Assembly: GCA_964428185.1 (NCBI GenBank)
Contig: CAYRXH010000004.1
Coordinates: forward strand, 5,726 to 69,725
Length of the DNA stretch: 64,000 nt
Reading direction: 5' to 3'
From: an uncultured Bacteroidales bacterium
Lineage (GTDB): Bacteria; Bacteroidota; Bacteroidia; Bacteroidales; DTU049
Made by a program: the position numbers and the translations under genes. Positions 1-9,822 of this stretch are shown here, piece by piece; the first letter of the stretch is position 1, and every line of letters begins with the position of its first letter. The notes under the pieces are model-generated. The model worked only from the letters and a program-made list of their open reading frames with translations, did not search any database and was not told the origin of the DNA.

Positions 1-19
1 AAAAAAACTAGCAACACCA

Positions 20-2140
20 ATGAAAAAATTAATTATTATGACCGGCATTGCTGCAATGGTTCTTATTATCACATCATGCACCAATAAGAAAGATGAAACC
101 ACAGCTGAGGATAATCCATTTTTTAGTGAATGGGATACACCATTTGGTGTTCCTCCATTTGATAAAATTAAAAATGAGCATTATGTCCCTGCATTTGAAG
201 AGGGGATTAAACAGCACAAGGCTGAAATTGACTCAATTATCAGGTCTTCGGAAGAGTCCGGTTTTGAAAATGTCATTGCTGCCCTTGACTATAGTGGAGC
301 AATGTTAAAAAAGGTATCTTCAGTGTTCTTTAATATGACGTCAGCAAATACATCAGATGAACTTCAGAAGATTGCACAGGAAATTAGTCCTGTGCTGACA
401 GCTCATTATGATGACATCATGATGAATCCTGAATTATTTGCCAAAGTTGAAGCTGTTTATAAAAAGAAAGAGATTCTTAATCTGAATACAGAGCAGATGC
501 AGTTACTTGAACTCACCTATAAGGGGTTTGTCAGAAGCGGTGCATTGCTGAATGCAGATCAACAAAAGAGAATGCGTGAGATCAACAGTGAAATGTCTGT
601 TTTAACCCTGCAGTTTGGAGATAACTTGCTTGCAGAAACGAACAATTTTGAACTTGTTGTTGAAAAAAAGGAAGATTTATCAGGACTGCCTCAGTCATTG
701 ATTGATGCTGCTGCAGAAACTGCAAAGGAAAAGGGAAGGGAAGGGAAATGGGTATTTACGCTACATAATCCCAGTGTATTGCCATTCCTACAGTTTGCCG
801 ATAACAGGGAATTGAGAAAGGAAATTCAGCAGGCGTATATAAAACGAGGTGACAATAACAATGAGTTTGATAATAAGGAAATCATAAAAAAGATTGTTGC
901 TCTGAGAATAGAAAAAGCTCAGTTGCTTGGATATGAGTCACATGCTGACTATGTTCTTGAGATGAATATGGCTGAGACTCCAGCAGGGGTTTTTGGCTTG
1001 CTTGATCAATTATGGGATCCTGCCATGAAAAGAGCCAATGATGAAAAGAAAGAATACCAGAAAATTATTGATACTGAAGGCGGTGATTTTAAACTTGAAG
1101 CATGGGACTGGAGATATTATGCCGAGAAGTACCGCAAACAAAAATATGATCTGAATGAAGAAGAACTGAAACCATATTTTGAACTGAACCATGTCAGGGA
1201 TGGCATTTTTTACGTCTGCAAACAGTTATTCGGACTCAGCTTTACACAGAGAGATGACATTCCAAAATATCATCCTGATAATATCATTTATGAGGTGACC
1301 AGAGAGGATAAGTCACATCTGGGGATTCTTTACATGGATTTTCACCCACGTGATTCAAAGAGGGGAGGAGCCTGGATGGATGCATTCAGGGAGCAATACA
1401 GAAGAGGTGATGAGTTTATTTCTCCTGTAATAACCATTGTTTGCAACTTCACCAAGCCGACAGCTACAATGCCATCTTTATTGACTCTTGAAGAGGTGCT
1501 TACATTCTTTCATGAGATTGGACATGCATTACATGGACTTCTTTCCAACGGCACATATCCTTCAATATCTTCAACAAATGTTCCGCGTGATTTTGTTGAG
1601 CTCCCTTCTCAGATCATGGAACACTGGGCTTTGGAACCGGAGGTTTTGAAACAATATGCAAAACATTATGAAACCGGTGAAGTAATTCCAGAAAAACTGA
1701 TTCAGAAAATCCAGAATGCAGCTTACTTCGATCAGGGATTTGCTACGGTAGAATATCTTGCTGCTTCCTATCTTGATATGTACTGGCACACATTGAAAAC
1801 AACTGATGTCAAAGATGTAAATGCATTTGAAACAGAGGTGCTGAATAAACTTGGTCTTATGCCAGAAATTATCAGCAGATACAGGAGCACATATTTTGCA
1901 CACATTTTCAGAGGAGGTTATTCTGCAGGATATTATGCTTATATCTGGAGCGGAGTTCTTGATAATGATGCCTTTGAGGCTTTCAGGGAAAACGGAATAT
2001 TTGACAAAGCCGCCGCTGATGCATTCAGAATCAATGTTCTTGAAGCAGGGCATAGTGACAAAGCGGTAAATCTTTATCGTGCATTTCGCGGAAAAGACCC
2101 GGATATTAAACCATTATTAAAATCGAGAGGACTTATATAA
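20..2140 (+). CDS. dcp: M3-family peptidyl-dipeptidase (Dcp-like), probable lipoprotein
   Basis: 706-aa ORF with zinc motif FHEIGHALH (HExxH). N-terminal signal with lipobox LIITSC. Length and overall sequence are typical of M3 Dcp/oligopeptidase. Confidence 0.85.
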   Translation: MKKLIIMTGIAAMVLIITSCTNKKDETTAEDNPFFSEWDTPFGVPPFDKIKNEHYVPAFEEGIKQHKAEIDSIIRSSEESGFENVIAALDYSGAMLKKVSSVFFNMTSANTSDELQKIAQEISPVLTAHYDDIMMNPELFAKVEAVYKKKEILNLNTEQMQLLELTYKGFVRSGALLNADQQKRMREINSEMSVLTLQFGDNLLAETNNFELVVEKKEDLSGLPQSLIDAAAETAKEKGREGKWVFTLHNPSVLPFLQFADNRELRKEIQQAYIKRGDNNNEFDNKEIIKKIVALRIEKAQLLGYESHADYVLEMNMAETPAGVFGLLDQLWDPAMKRANDEKKEYQKIIDTEGGDFKLEAWDWRYYAEKYRKQKYDLNEEELKPYFELNHVRDGIFYVCKQLFGLSFTQRDDIPKYHPDNIIYEVTREDKSHLGILYMDFHPRDSKRGGAWMDAFREQYRRGDEFISPVITIVCNFTKPTATMPSLLTLEEVLTFFHEIGHALHGLLSNGTYPSISSTNVPRDFVELPSQIMEHWALEPEVLKQYAKHYETGEVIPEKLIQKIQNAAYFDQGFATVEYLAASYLDMYWHTLKTTDVKDVNAFETEVLNKLGLMPEIISRYRSTYFAHIFRGGYSAGYYAYIWSGVLDNDAFEAFRENGIFDKAAADAFRINVLEAGHSDKAVNLYRAFRGKDPDIKPLLKSRGLI

Positions 2141-2182
2141 CTACTACAAAATAACATAACTAAACTCCTTGAAAAGTAATGG

Positions 2183-2209
2183 CAGCCTGATATTCAGGCT
2201 GTTTTGTTT
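2183..2209 (+). terminator. Rho-independent terminator after dcp
   Basis: Perfect 8-bp stem cagcctga/tcaggctg with 3-nt loop, followed by ttttgttt. Confidence 0.7.
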
Positions 2210-2238
2210 ATAACTGCTTAAAATTTTTTCCAGAATTC

Positions 2239-2269
2239 TTTGCTTGTGTTACTTAAAAACTTATTTTTG
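2239..2269 (+). promoter_or_regulatory. Bacteroidota-type promoter-like motif (TTTG-N19-TAnnTTTG)
   Basis: TTTG at 2239-2242 and TATTTTTG at 2262-2269, with a 19-nt spacer. It lies 44 nt upstream of the ATG at 2313. Confidence 0.5.
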
Positions 2270-2312
2270 CAGGAAACATTCTCTAGTAATAACTTTATAA
2301 AACCAAAGCGTA

Positions 2313-3653
2313 ATGAAAAGAAACGTAATTATTATCGGCGCAGCCGGTAGGGATTTCCACAACTTTAACACGTTTTTCAGGAAAAACCCAAATTACAATG
2401 TCGTTGCTTTTACAGCCGCTCAAATTCCCGACATTGACGGTCGCAAGTATCCCGCGGAACTTGCCGGTGAATTGTACCCCGAAGGTATTCCTATTTATGC
2501 TGAAGAAGAACTTCCTCAGCTAATCAAATCATTAAATGCTCACGATTGTGTGTTTTCATACAGTGATGTGCCCTATTCAATGGTAATGAGAGTCAGTTCA
2601 GTTGTGAATGCTGCCGGAGCTAATTTTATGCTTCTTGGTCCTGCAGAAACCATGATTAAATCAAACAAGCCGGTTGTTGCTGTTGGTGCAATCCGTACAG
2701 GTTGCGGAAAGAGCCAAACATCACGCCGCCTGATTGAAATTATGATGAAGAAAGGGCTGAAGGTGGTTGCAATCAGACACCCGATGCCTTATGGTGATCT
2801 TGTTGCTCAGAAAGTACAACGTTTTGCTTCTGTTGAAGATCTGAAAAAAAACAATTGTACAATTGAAGAAATGGAAGAGTACGAACCTCATGTAATCCGC
2901 GGAAACGTGATTTATGCAGGGGTTGATTACGAAGCTATTTTGCACGCTGCTGAAAATGATCCCAATGGTTGTGATGTTATTCTGTGGGATGGTGGAAACA
3001 ATGACTTTGCTTTTTACAAACCTGACCTTTATGTTGGTGTTGCTGACCCTCTCCGACCCGGTCATGAAGTTAGTTATTATCCTGGTGAAGTTGTTGCAAG
3101 AATGGCTGATGTCATTGTTCTGAATAAAATTGACTCAGCATCTCTTGAAAACATCAATATTGTCAGAGCAAATCTGGCAAGTGTCAATCCCAAAGCGATA
3201 ATTGTTGACGGTGCTTCTCCATTGTCAGTAGATAAACCTGAACTGATCAGAGGAAAACGAGTTCTTGTGATTGAAGATGGACCTACACTCACTCATGGTG
3301 AAATGAAAATCGGAGCAGGTGTTGTTGCTGCAATGAAACATGGTGCCGCTGAACTTGTTGATCCAAGAAACTTTGCAGTAGGTCGTCTCAAGGAAACCTT
3401 CGAAATCTATCCTGAAATCGGAACTCTTTTGCCGGCTATGGGCTATGGCAATCAGCAGATTAAAGACCTTGAAACTACAATTAATAACACTCCATGTGAT
3501 ACAGTTGTTATTGCAACCCCTATCGATCTCAGCAGGATTGTTAAAATTAACAAACCCACTGTGAAGATTGGCTATGAACTGCAGGAGATTGGAAGACCAA
3601 CTCTTGAAGATGTTCTGAATGATTTCATTGCAAAATTCAATCTTCAGAAATAG
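2313..3653 (+). CDS. Uncharacterised P-loop NTPase, tentatively COG2403 / cyclic-2,3-diphosphoglycerate-synthetase-like
   Basis: 446-aa ORF. Walker A-like GAIRTGCGKSQTS and Walker B-like DVILWDGGNND. N-terminal Rossmann-like IIIGAAGRDFHNF. The family name comes from memory of length and motifs and was not checked by search. Confidence 0.5.
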   Translation: MKRNVIIIGAAGRDFHNFNTFFRKNPNYNVVAFTAAQIPDIDGRKYPAELAGELYPEGIPIYAEEELPQLIKSLNAHDCVFSYSDVPYSMVMRVSSVVNAAGANFMLLGPAETMIKSNKPVVAVGAIRTGCGKSQTSRRLIEIMMKKGLKVVAIRHPMPYGDLVAQKVQRFASVEDLKKNNCTIEEMEEYEPHVIRGNVIYAGVDYEAILHAAENDPNGCDVILWDGGNNDFAFYKPDLYVGVADPLRPGHEVSYYPGEVVARMADVIVLNKIDSASLENINIVRANLASVNPKAIIVDGASPLSVDKPELIRGKRVLVIEDGPTLTHGEMKIGAGVVAAMKHGAAELVDPRNFAVGRLKETFEIYPEIGTLLPAMGYGNQQIKDLETTINNTPCDTVVIATPIDLSRIVKINKPTVKIGYELQEIGRPTLEDVLNDFIAKFNLQK

Positions 3654-3660
3654 TTTTTTT

Positions 3661-3688
3661 AAAAGCGGCCTTAGGGTCGCTTTTTTTT
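3661..3688 (+). terminator. Intrinsic terminator / possible pyrBI attenuator
   Basis: aaaagcggcc-ttag-ggtcgctttt hairpin (one G-U pair) followed by a T8 run. It ends 29 nt before the pyrB ATG. Confidence 0.6.
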
Positions 3689-3717
3689 GGAAAAGAATTA
3701 ATAATTAATATTTTACA

Positions 3718-4620
3718 ATGAAAAGTTTAGTATCAATAAATGATTTTACAAAGCCTGAATACCTAAAACTTTGTGATATGGCTGCTGAATTTGAAGCCAA
3801 TCCCAATCAGGATATTCTCAAAGGTAAAGTAGTTGCAGTTTTATTTTTTGAGCCCTCTACACGTACCCGATTAAGCTTTGAAACAGCCATCCAGAGATTG
3901 GGTGGTAAAGTAATCGGGTTTACAGATGCTGCAAGTTCAAGTGTAAAAAAAGGCGAGTCACTCAAGGATACAATTTTAACAGTTGCACAATATGCAGATC
4001 TTATTGTGATGAGGCACCCTGTTGAAGGGAGTGCAAGGTACGCTAGTGAAATTTCTCCTGTGCCTGTTATTAATGCCGGTGATGGTGCAAATCAGCATCC
4101 AACACAATGTCTTCTTGATCTTTTTTCTATTCAGAAAACTCAGGGCTCACTCGAAAACCTGCATATTGCTTTTATTGGTGACCTGAAATACGGAAGAACA
4201 GTTCATTCTAATGTTATCGCCATGACTAACTTTAACTGCACATATCATCTGGTTTCTCCTTTGGAACTGAAACTTCCCAGTGCAGTGAAAATGCATATTA
4301 AAGATAGTAATCTCAGGTATTATCAGTACACTGATATTATGGAAGCAATTCCTCTCGCCGATATTATTTACATGACACGCATACAGCAGGAAAGATTTTC
4401 AGATCCGCTGGAATATGAAAAAGTGAAGAATATATATAATCTCAAAAGTGATATGTTGAAAAATGCCAAGAACAATATGCGGGTGCTTCATCCTCTGCCA
4501 CGTGTCAATGAAATACATACAGATGTTGATGATCTGCCGCAGGCATATTATTTTGAACAGGCTCTGAACGGCGTGTATATGCGACAGGCTTTGATTTCTT
4601 ATATTCTTGATTTAAAATAA
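3718..4620 (+). CDS. pyrB: Aspartate carbamoyltransferase catalytic subunit
   Basis: 300 aa with motifs STRTRLSFE, HPTQ and HPLPRV. Confidence 0.95.
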   Translation: MKSLVSINDFTKPEYLKLCDMAAEFEANPNQDILKGKVVAVLFFEPSTRTRLSFETAIQRLGGKVIGFTDAASSSVKKGESLKDTILTVAQYADLIVMRHPVEGSARYASEISPVPVINAGDGANQHPTQCLLDLFSIQKTQGSLENLHIAFIGDLKYGRTVHSNVIAMTNFNCTYHLVSPLELKLPSAVKMHIKDSNLRYYQYTDIMEAIPLADIIYMTRIQQERFSDPLEYEKVKNIYNLKSDMLKNAKNNMRVLHPLPRVNEIHTDVDDLPQAYYFEQALNGVYMRQALISYILDLK

Positions 4621-4623
4621 TTA

Positions 4624-5103
4624 ATGACAGCAACCATGAGTAACGAAAAAAGAAAAGAATTGCAGGTTTCAGCACTTGAAAACGGAACTGTTATTGACCA
4701 TATTACATTCGGCAGTGTGATGCAGGTGATCAGAATACTTGGCCTGGAAAGTGTTGAGGATCCCATTTATATCGGTGCCAATCTTGAAAGTAAAAAATAT
4801 GGCAGAAAAGGAATTATTAAGGTAAGCAATAAATATTTCAAACCTGATGAAATTAATAAAATTGCGCTTGTCAGCCCCAGTGCCACACTTATTGAAATCA
4901 GGGATTTTGAAATAAGAAACAAATCAAGAGTTGAAATTCCTGATAATGTCAGGGATATAGTCAGATGTTTTAATCCCAAATGTGTCACCAACATTGAGGG
5001 AGTGCCAACAAAGTTTGATGTCATTGATAAAATTGATGTGAAACTGAAATGTCATTACTGTGAAAAAATCACAGCAAAAAAGAACATGGAATTCAAGTCC
5101 TGA
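4624..5103 (+). CDS. pyrI: Aspartate carbamoyltransferase regulatory subunit
   Basis: 159 aa, starting 3 nt after pyrB. C-terminal Zn-cluster cysteines CFNPKC and CHYC. An alternative start ATG lies at 4636. Confidence 0.9.
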   Translation: MTATMSNEKRKELQVSALENGTVIDHITFGSVMQVIRILGLESVEDPIYIGANLESKKYGRKGIIKVSNKYFKPDEINKIALVSPSATLIEIRDFEIRNKSRVEIPDNVRDIVRCFNPKCVTNIEGVPTKFDVIDKIDVKLKCHYCEKITAKKNMEFKS

Positions 5104-5195
5104 AATTTGTTCCTTGTGAAATCAGACCTCGCTTCAATCCATTCAGATTGGGTTGTAGTTTCTCTTTCTTCAATGGTGTTCTTGGAAAAAATATG

Positions 5196-5203
5196 TAATT
5201 TTG
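5196..5203 (+). promoter_or_regulatory. TAnnTTTG -7-like motif upstream of lpd
   Basis: TAATTTTG lies 23 nt upstream of the ATG at 5226. I saw no clear -33 TTTG at canonical spacing. Confidence 0.3.
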
Positions 5204-5225
5204 TATATTGTTAAACTATGGTACT

Positions 5226-6617
5226 ATGAACTATGATATTATTGTAATTGGAAGCGGCCCCGGAGGGTATGTTGCAGCCATCAGAGCCTCTAAGCTAGGC
5301 ATGAAAACAGCTGTTGTGGAAAAGGAATCTCTTGGTGGTATCTGTTTAAACTGGGGATGTATTCCGACAAAAGCGTTGCTGAAAAGTGCTTCAGTTTTTG
5401 AAGAGCTCAAGCAGGCTGAATTATATGGAATTAAAGCAGAGGGAAGCTTTACTGCGGATTTCTCTGCTTTGGTTACCCGAAGCAGGGGTGTGGCAGAAAA
5501 CATGAGTAAAGGAGTTCAATTTCTGATGAAAAAGAATAAGGTAGATGTTATTGAGGGTTTTGGGAAAATCCTGCCCGGAAAAAAAGTCAGTGTTACAGCA
5601 AAGGATGGGAGCATATCCGAATATCAGGCACAACATATTATTCTGGCTACAGGTGCACGCTCTAAGGATCTTCCTTTTATGAAGCAGGACGGGAAAAGAA
5701 TTATCGGATACAGAGAAGCAATGACTCTTTCAACTCAGCCTGAAAGTATTGCAATTGTAGGCAGTGGAGCAATAGGTTCAGAATTTGCCTATTTCTATAA
5801 TGCTGTAGGAACCAAAGTCACCCTGATAGAATATTTACCCAATATTGTTCCCTTTGAAGATGAAGAAAGCTCAAAGCAACTGGAAAGATCATTCAAAAAG
5901 CAGGGGATTACCGTAAAAACCGCAACTGAAGTGACTAAAGTTGAAGTAATGGCAGACACTTGCAAACTTTTTTTGAAAACAGCAAAGGGAGAGGAACAAC
6001 TTTATGCCCAGATAGTACTTTCTGCGGTTGGAGTCACTCCCAACCTGGAAGGTATTGGCATTGAAGAAACCGGGTTAGTTGTTGAAAACGGGAAAGTGAA
6101 GGTTGATGAGTATTACAGAACTTCAAAAGAAGGATATTATGCCATCGGAGATATTGTTCATGGACCTGCCCTTGCTCATGTTGCCTCTCATGAAGGGATT
6201 ATCTGTGTTGAAAAGATAGCAGGGGGAGATCCACACCCCCTTAATTACGGCAATGTTCCATCATGCACATATACACATCCTGAAATTGCCAGTGTAGGCA
6301 TGACTGAAAAAAAGGCAATTGAAGCAGGGTTTGAAATAAAAGTGGGGAAATTTCCATTTTCCGCTAGTGGAAAAGCCACTGCATCAGGACATAAAGATGG
6401 CTTTGTGAAGGTGATTTTTGATGCAAAATATGGAGAATGGCTGGGTGCACATCTTGTAGGGGAAAATGTGACTGAAATGATCGGCGGAGTTGTTGCTGCC
6501 CGAAATCTTGAAACTACAGCACATGAAATTATTCATTCTGTATTTCCTCATCCCACTCTTTCAGAAGCCATTATGGAAGCTTGCGCCGCTGCTTATAACG
6601 AAGTTATTCATCTCTGA
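5226..6617 (+). CDS. lpd: Dihydrolipoyl dehydrogenase
   Basis: FAD motif VIGSGPGGY, redox disulfide GGICLNWGCIPTK, C-terminal HPTLSEA. The ORF-track start at 5208 is TTG, so I trimmed to the ATG at 5226 (MNYDIIVIG). Confidence 0.9.
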   Translation: MNYDIIVIGSGPGGYVAAIRASKLGMKTAVVEKESLGGICLNWGCIPTKALLKSASVFEELKQAELYGIKAEGSFTADFSALVTRSRGVAENMSKGVQFLMKKNKVDVIEGFGKILPGKKVSVTAKDGSISEYQAQHIILATGARSKDLPFMKQDGKRIIGYREAMTLSTQPESIAIVGSGAIGSEFAYFYNAVGTKVTLIEYLPNIVPFEDEESSKQLERSFKKQGITVKTATEVTKVEVMADTCKLFLKTAKGEEQLYAQIVLSAVGVTPNLEGIGIEETGLVVENGKVKVDEYYRTSKEGYYAIGDIVHGPALAHVASHEGIICVEKIAGGDPHPLNYGNVPSCTYTHPEIASVGMTEKKAIEAGFEIKVGKFPFSASGKATASGHKDGFVKVIFDAKYGEWLGAHLVGENVTEMIGGVVAARNLETTAHEIIHSVFPHPTLSEAIMEACAAAYNEVIHL

Positions 6618-6653
6618 TTCCTCACCCCGGATCTGAAGTAAAACTGAATTTGT

Positions 6654-8573
6654 ATGTGTGGAATTGCAGGATATTTTGATTTTACAGGAAACAGAACGTC
6701 GCAGTTCAAAAGTTTTTCTGAACAATTCAGGAAAAAAAACCAGAATCGGGGACCTGATGACAACGGGGATTATGTAGGGGAACATATTCTTCTGACTCAC
6801 AATAGGCTGTCTGTCATTGATGTGAGTGAACGTGCATCCCAGCCCATGAAATCTGAAGATGGTTCATGTGTGATTGTGTTTAATGGAGAGATTTTTAATT
6901 TTAAAGATCTTCGAAGAGAATTTGAAGACACCGGCTTTTCATTCAGGTCTCACAGTGATACTGAAGTTGTTCTCGCAATGTACATGAAGTATGGGGAACA
7001 GTGTATCTCGCGACTGAATGGTTTTTTTGCGTTTGCAATTTGGGACAGCAGAAGTCAGGAGTTACTGGTGGCACGTGACAGATTTGGGATCAAACCGCTC
7101 CTGTTTCATTATAATGATGAGTGTTTTGTTTTTTCTTCGGAGATGAAGTCTCTTCTCTCTGCTCTTGGACCGCAGGAAATAGACAGGGCTTCACTACAGA
7201 TGTATTTCAGACTGACATATATACCTCCTCCATACAGCATTTTTAAAGGAATTCAAAAACTCTTGCCCGGCTGCTATCTGATTGTGGGAAGAAATTCACT
7301 TTCAAGAAAAAGTTATTATCACATAGGAATCAATAAACTAAATACAGATACGGTTTCGGATTATAATACAACTTGTAATCACTTATTTGGCACCCTGGAA
7401 TCATCTGTGAAAGCTCAGTTGGTTTCTGATGTTCCCCTTGGATGTTTTCTCAGCGGAGGAATAGATTCATCAATAATTACAGCTCTTGCTGCTCAACAGG
7501 TGAAAGGATTGAAAACTTTCACAATAGGCTTCAGGGATGAACCCTATTATGATGAAACAAAATATGCACGTTTGTTGGCCAACAAATATCATACAGATCA
7601 TTCGGAGTTTTTGCTGACCAATGACGATCTTTTTGAAGCGGTTGACGGTATGCTGGATTATATTGATGAACCCTTTGCCGATTCTTCAGGTTTAGCTGTC
7701 TATGTGCTTTCAGGTCATACACGAAAAAATGTTACAGTAGCATTGTCAGGAGACGGAGCAGATGAAATATTTGGTGGATATTACAGACATCTTGCTGAAT
7801 ACAGAATAAGGCGAAGACTCTTTACTGATGCATTGTTATCAGGTGGTTCATGGATGCTGAATATCTTTCCTGCATCAAGAAGCAGCAGATTCAGTGATAG
7901 AATAAGGAAAATTAAAAAGTATCTTGAAGTCCGGAAACTTTCACCTCAGGAAAGATATAGGTTTTTATCATCCTTTACTGATCAGGAACTCATTGAAAGG
8001 ATGGTCATTGTATATGGCTATGACCCTGAATTTGCTGAAAGATGGGATGATATTGCTTCTGCAATTGACGGAAATTCAAAGGGAATTGAGGATGTATTAT
8101 TCAGTGATATGCAACTTGTTCTTGCCGGTGATATGCTCCCAAAGGTTGATATGATGTCAATGGCCCAGTCTCTTGAGGTGAGACCACCGTTTCTTGATAA
8201 TTCAGTGGTGGAATTGGCATTTTCTTTACCCACAAGGTATAAAATTGCAGGCAATACTAATAAAAAAATACTCAGAGATACTTTTGGAAAGCTTTTACCT
8301 CCGGAATTGTTAAACAGAAAGAAACATGGTTTTGAAGTTCCTATGAATTCATGGTTTAAAACCGAAATGAGACCTATGATTGACACATATCTTCAGTCTG
8401 TTGATTTTCTCGAAAGTCAGAAAATTTTCAGACCTGATGTTGTTGGCACAGTGGTTGACAAAGTTCTCAATTCAAAACATCATGATCTTCAAGCTGTGAT
8501 GTGGTCACTTCTGGTATTTCAACATTGGTACAGAAATTATGAACATCTCATAAAGAAAGTTAAAAATGATTAA
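6654..8573 (+). CDS. Asparagine synthase (glutamine-hydrolysing)-family amidotransferase, polysaccharide-locus type
   Basis: 639 aa. N-terminal MCGIAG (Ntn nucleophile Cys2) and PP-loop FLSGGIDSS. It overlaps the downstream glycosyltransferase gene by 8 nt. Confidence 0.85.
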   Translation: MCGIAGYFDFTGNRTSQFKSFSEQFRKKNQNRGPDDNGDYVGEHILLTHNRLSVIDVSERASQPMKSEDGSCVIVFNGEIFNFKDLRREFEDTGFSFRSHSDTEVVLAMYMKYGEQCISRLNGFFAFAIWDSRSQELLVARDRFGIKPLLFHYNDECFVFSSEMKSLLSALGPQEIDRASLQMYFRLTYIPPPYSIFKGIQKLLPGCYLIVGRNSLSRKSYYHIGINKLNTDTVSDYNTTCNHLFGTLESSVKAQLVSDVPLGCFLSGGIDSSIITALAAQQVKGLKTFTIGFRDEPYYDETKYARLLANKYHTDHSEFLLTNDDLFEAVDGMLDYIDEPFADSSGLAVYVLSGHTRKNVTVALSGDGADEIFGGYYRHLAEYRIRRRLFTDALLSGGSWMLNIFPASRSSRFSDRIRKIKKYLEVRKLSPQERYRFLSSFTDQELIERMVIVYGYDPEFAERWDDIASAIDGNSKGIEDVLFSDMQLVLAGDMLPKVDMMSMAQSLEVRPPFLDNSVVELAFSLPTRYKIAGNTNKKILRDTFGKLLPPELLNRKKHGFEVPMNSWFKTEMRPMIDTYLQSVDFLESQKIFRPDVVGTVVDKVLNSKHHDLQAVMWSLLVFQHWYRNYEHLIKKVKND

Positions 8574-9765
8574 GGTTCTGAGAATCATCAATCGGTTCAA
8601 TCTTGGTGGCCCCACCTATAATGCGGCTTATCTGACAAGATATATGGAACCTGATTATCAAACTTTGCTGGTTGGCGGAAGGCAGGATGAAAGTGAAGAA
8701 AATTCAGAGTTTATTGTCAAGAGTCTTGGTGTTGAACCTATTATCATTCCTCAGATGCAAAGGTCATTAAATCCGGTTCTGGATTTTCAGGCTTACTCAA
8801 GAATTAAGCAGATTATCAGAGAATTTCAGCCTCAAATTGTGCATACCCATGCATCCAAGGCTGGTGCTCTAGGTCGTCGGGTAGCATATTCACTCAAGGT
8901 TCCCGTTATAGTCCATACGTTTCACGGACATGTCTTTGATTCATACTTTAACAGAATGCAAAGCAATTTTTATATCAGACTTGAAAGACAACTTGCAAAG
9001 AAAACGGATGCCATAATCACTTTATCGCAACATCAGTACGAAGATATTGTCAACAGATATAAAATTTGCAATGCCTCAAAGGCAAGGATTATTCCACTGG
9101 GATTTGATCTGAGCAGATTCTGGAAAAATTCAGAGGAAAAGCGAAGCAGGTTCAGGCACAAATACAGGCTTACTGATGATCAGATTGCAATCGGAATCAT
9201 AGGCAGACTGGTTCCTGTGAAAAATCATTCGTTGTTTGTGGATGCTGTTCGTTATGTATTGCAGAACTCTGAATTAAACATCAAAGCATTTATTGTGGGA
9301 GATGGTGAATCTCGACCTCAGATAGAACAACAACTCAGAAAATATGGGATCGCCTATTCAGATGGATTAAATGAAGATACACCTGTTGTTTTTACCTCAT
9401 GGGAAAAGGATGTTGATGTTGTCAATGCAGGGCTAGATATCATTGTCCTCACTTCATTGAATGAAGGGACTCCGGTGAGCCTGATCGAAGCACAAGCCTC
9501 AGGAAAACCTGTGCTGACAACAAATGTCGGGGGTATCCGGAATATTGTTCTTGAAGGAAAATCTGCACTGATCACCAATGCTGGTGATGATGATGCCTTT
9601 ATTTCTCAGTTTTTTCAGTTGGTTGAAAATCCGGAACTGAGAAAAAAACTGAGTGGCAATGGCCGTGAATTTGTTGAGAATCAGTTTCATTATTCAAGAC
9701 TGATCAGAGATATGAAAGATCTCTACAGTAGTTTGCTGGCAAAAAAATCTTTTTGTTTGAGATGA
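8566..9765 (+). CDS. Glycosyltransferase family 4 (GT-B)
   Basis: 399 aa. C-terminal EX7E-type region SLNEGTPVSLIEAQASGKPVLTTNVGG. The start overlaps the asnB-like stop (ATGATTAA). Confidence 0.85.
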   Translation: MIKVLRIINRFNLGGPTYNAAYLTRYMEPDYQTLLVGGRQDESEENSEFIVKSLGVEPIIIPQMQRSLNPVLDFQAYSRIKQIIREFQPQIVHTHASKAGALGRRVAYSLKVPVIVHTFHGHVFDSYFNRMQSNFYIRLERQLAKKTDAIITLSQHQYEDIVNRYKICNASKARIIPLGFDLSRFWKNSEEKRSRFRHKYRLTDDQIAIGIIGRLVPVKNHSLFVDAVRYVLQNSELNIKAFIVGDGESRPQIEQQLRKYGIAYSDGLNEDTPVVFTSWEKDVDVVNAGLDIIVLTSLNEGTPVSLIEAQASGKPVLTTNVGGIRNIVLEGKSALITNAGDDDAFISQFFQLVENPELRKKLSGNGREFVENQFHYSRLIRDMKDLYSSLLAKKSFCLR

Positions 9766-9822
9766 TGTGATTTGGACTGTTTTTTTTCATATTTTTGCCA
9801 AGTAAAATAGAAAAATATCCAG

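Noticed and set aside
1571-2053. 160-aa antisense ORF inside dcp. Similar long antisense ORFs occur at 16466-16930 (in uvrA), 46989-47429 (across rplF/rplR) and 52703-53092 (in rpoA).
   Set aside because: All lie entirely opposite genes with strong motif support. Their translations are low-complexity and hydrophobic with no recognisable motifs. Open antisense frames are a known by-product of codon bias.
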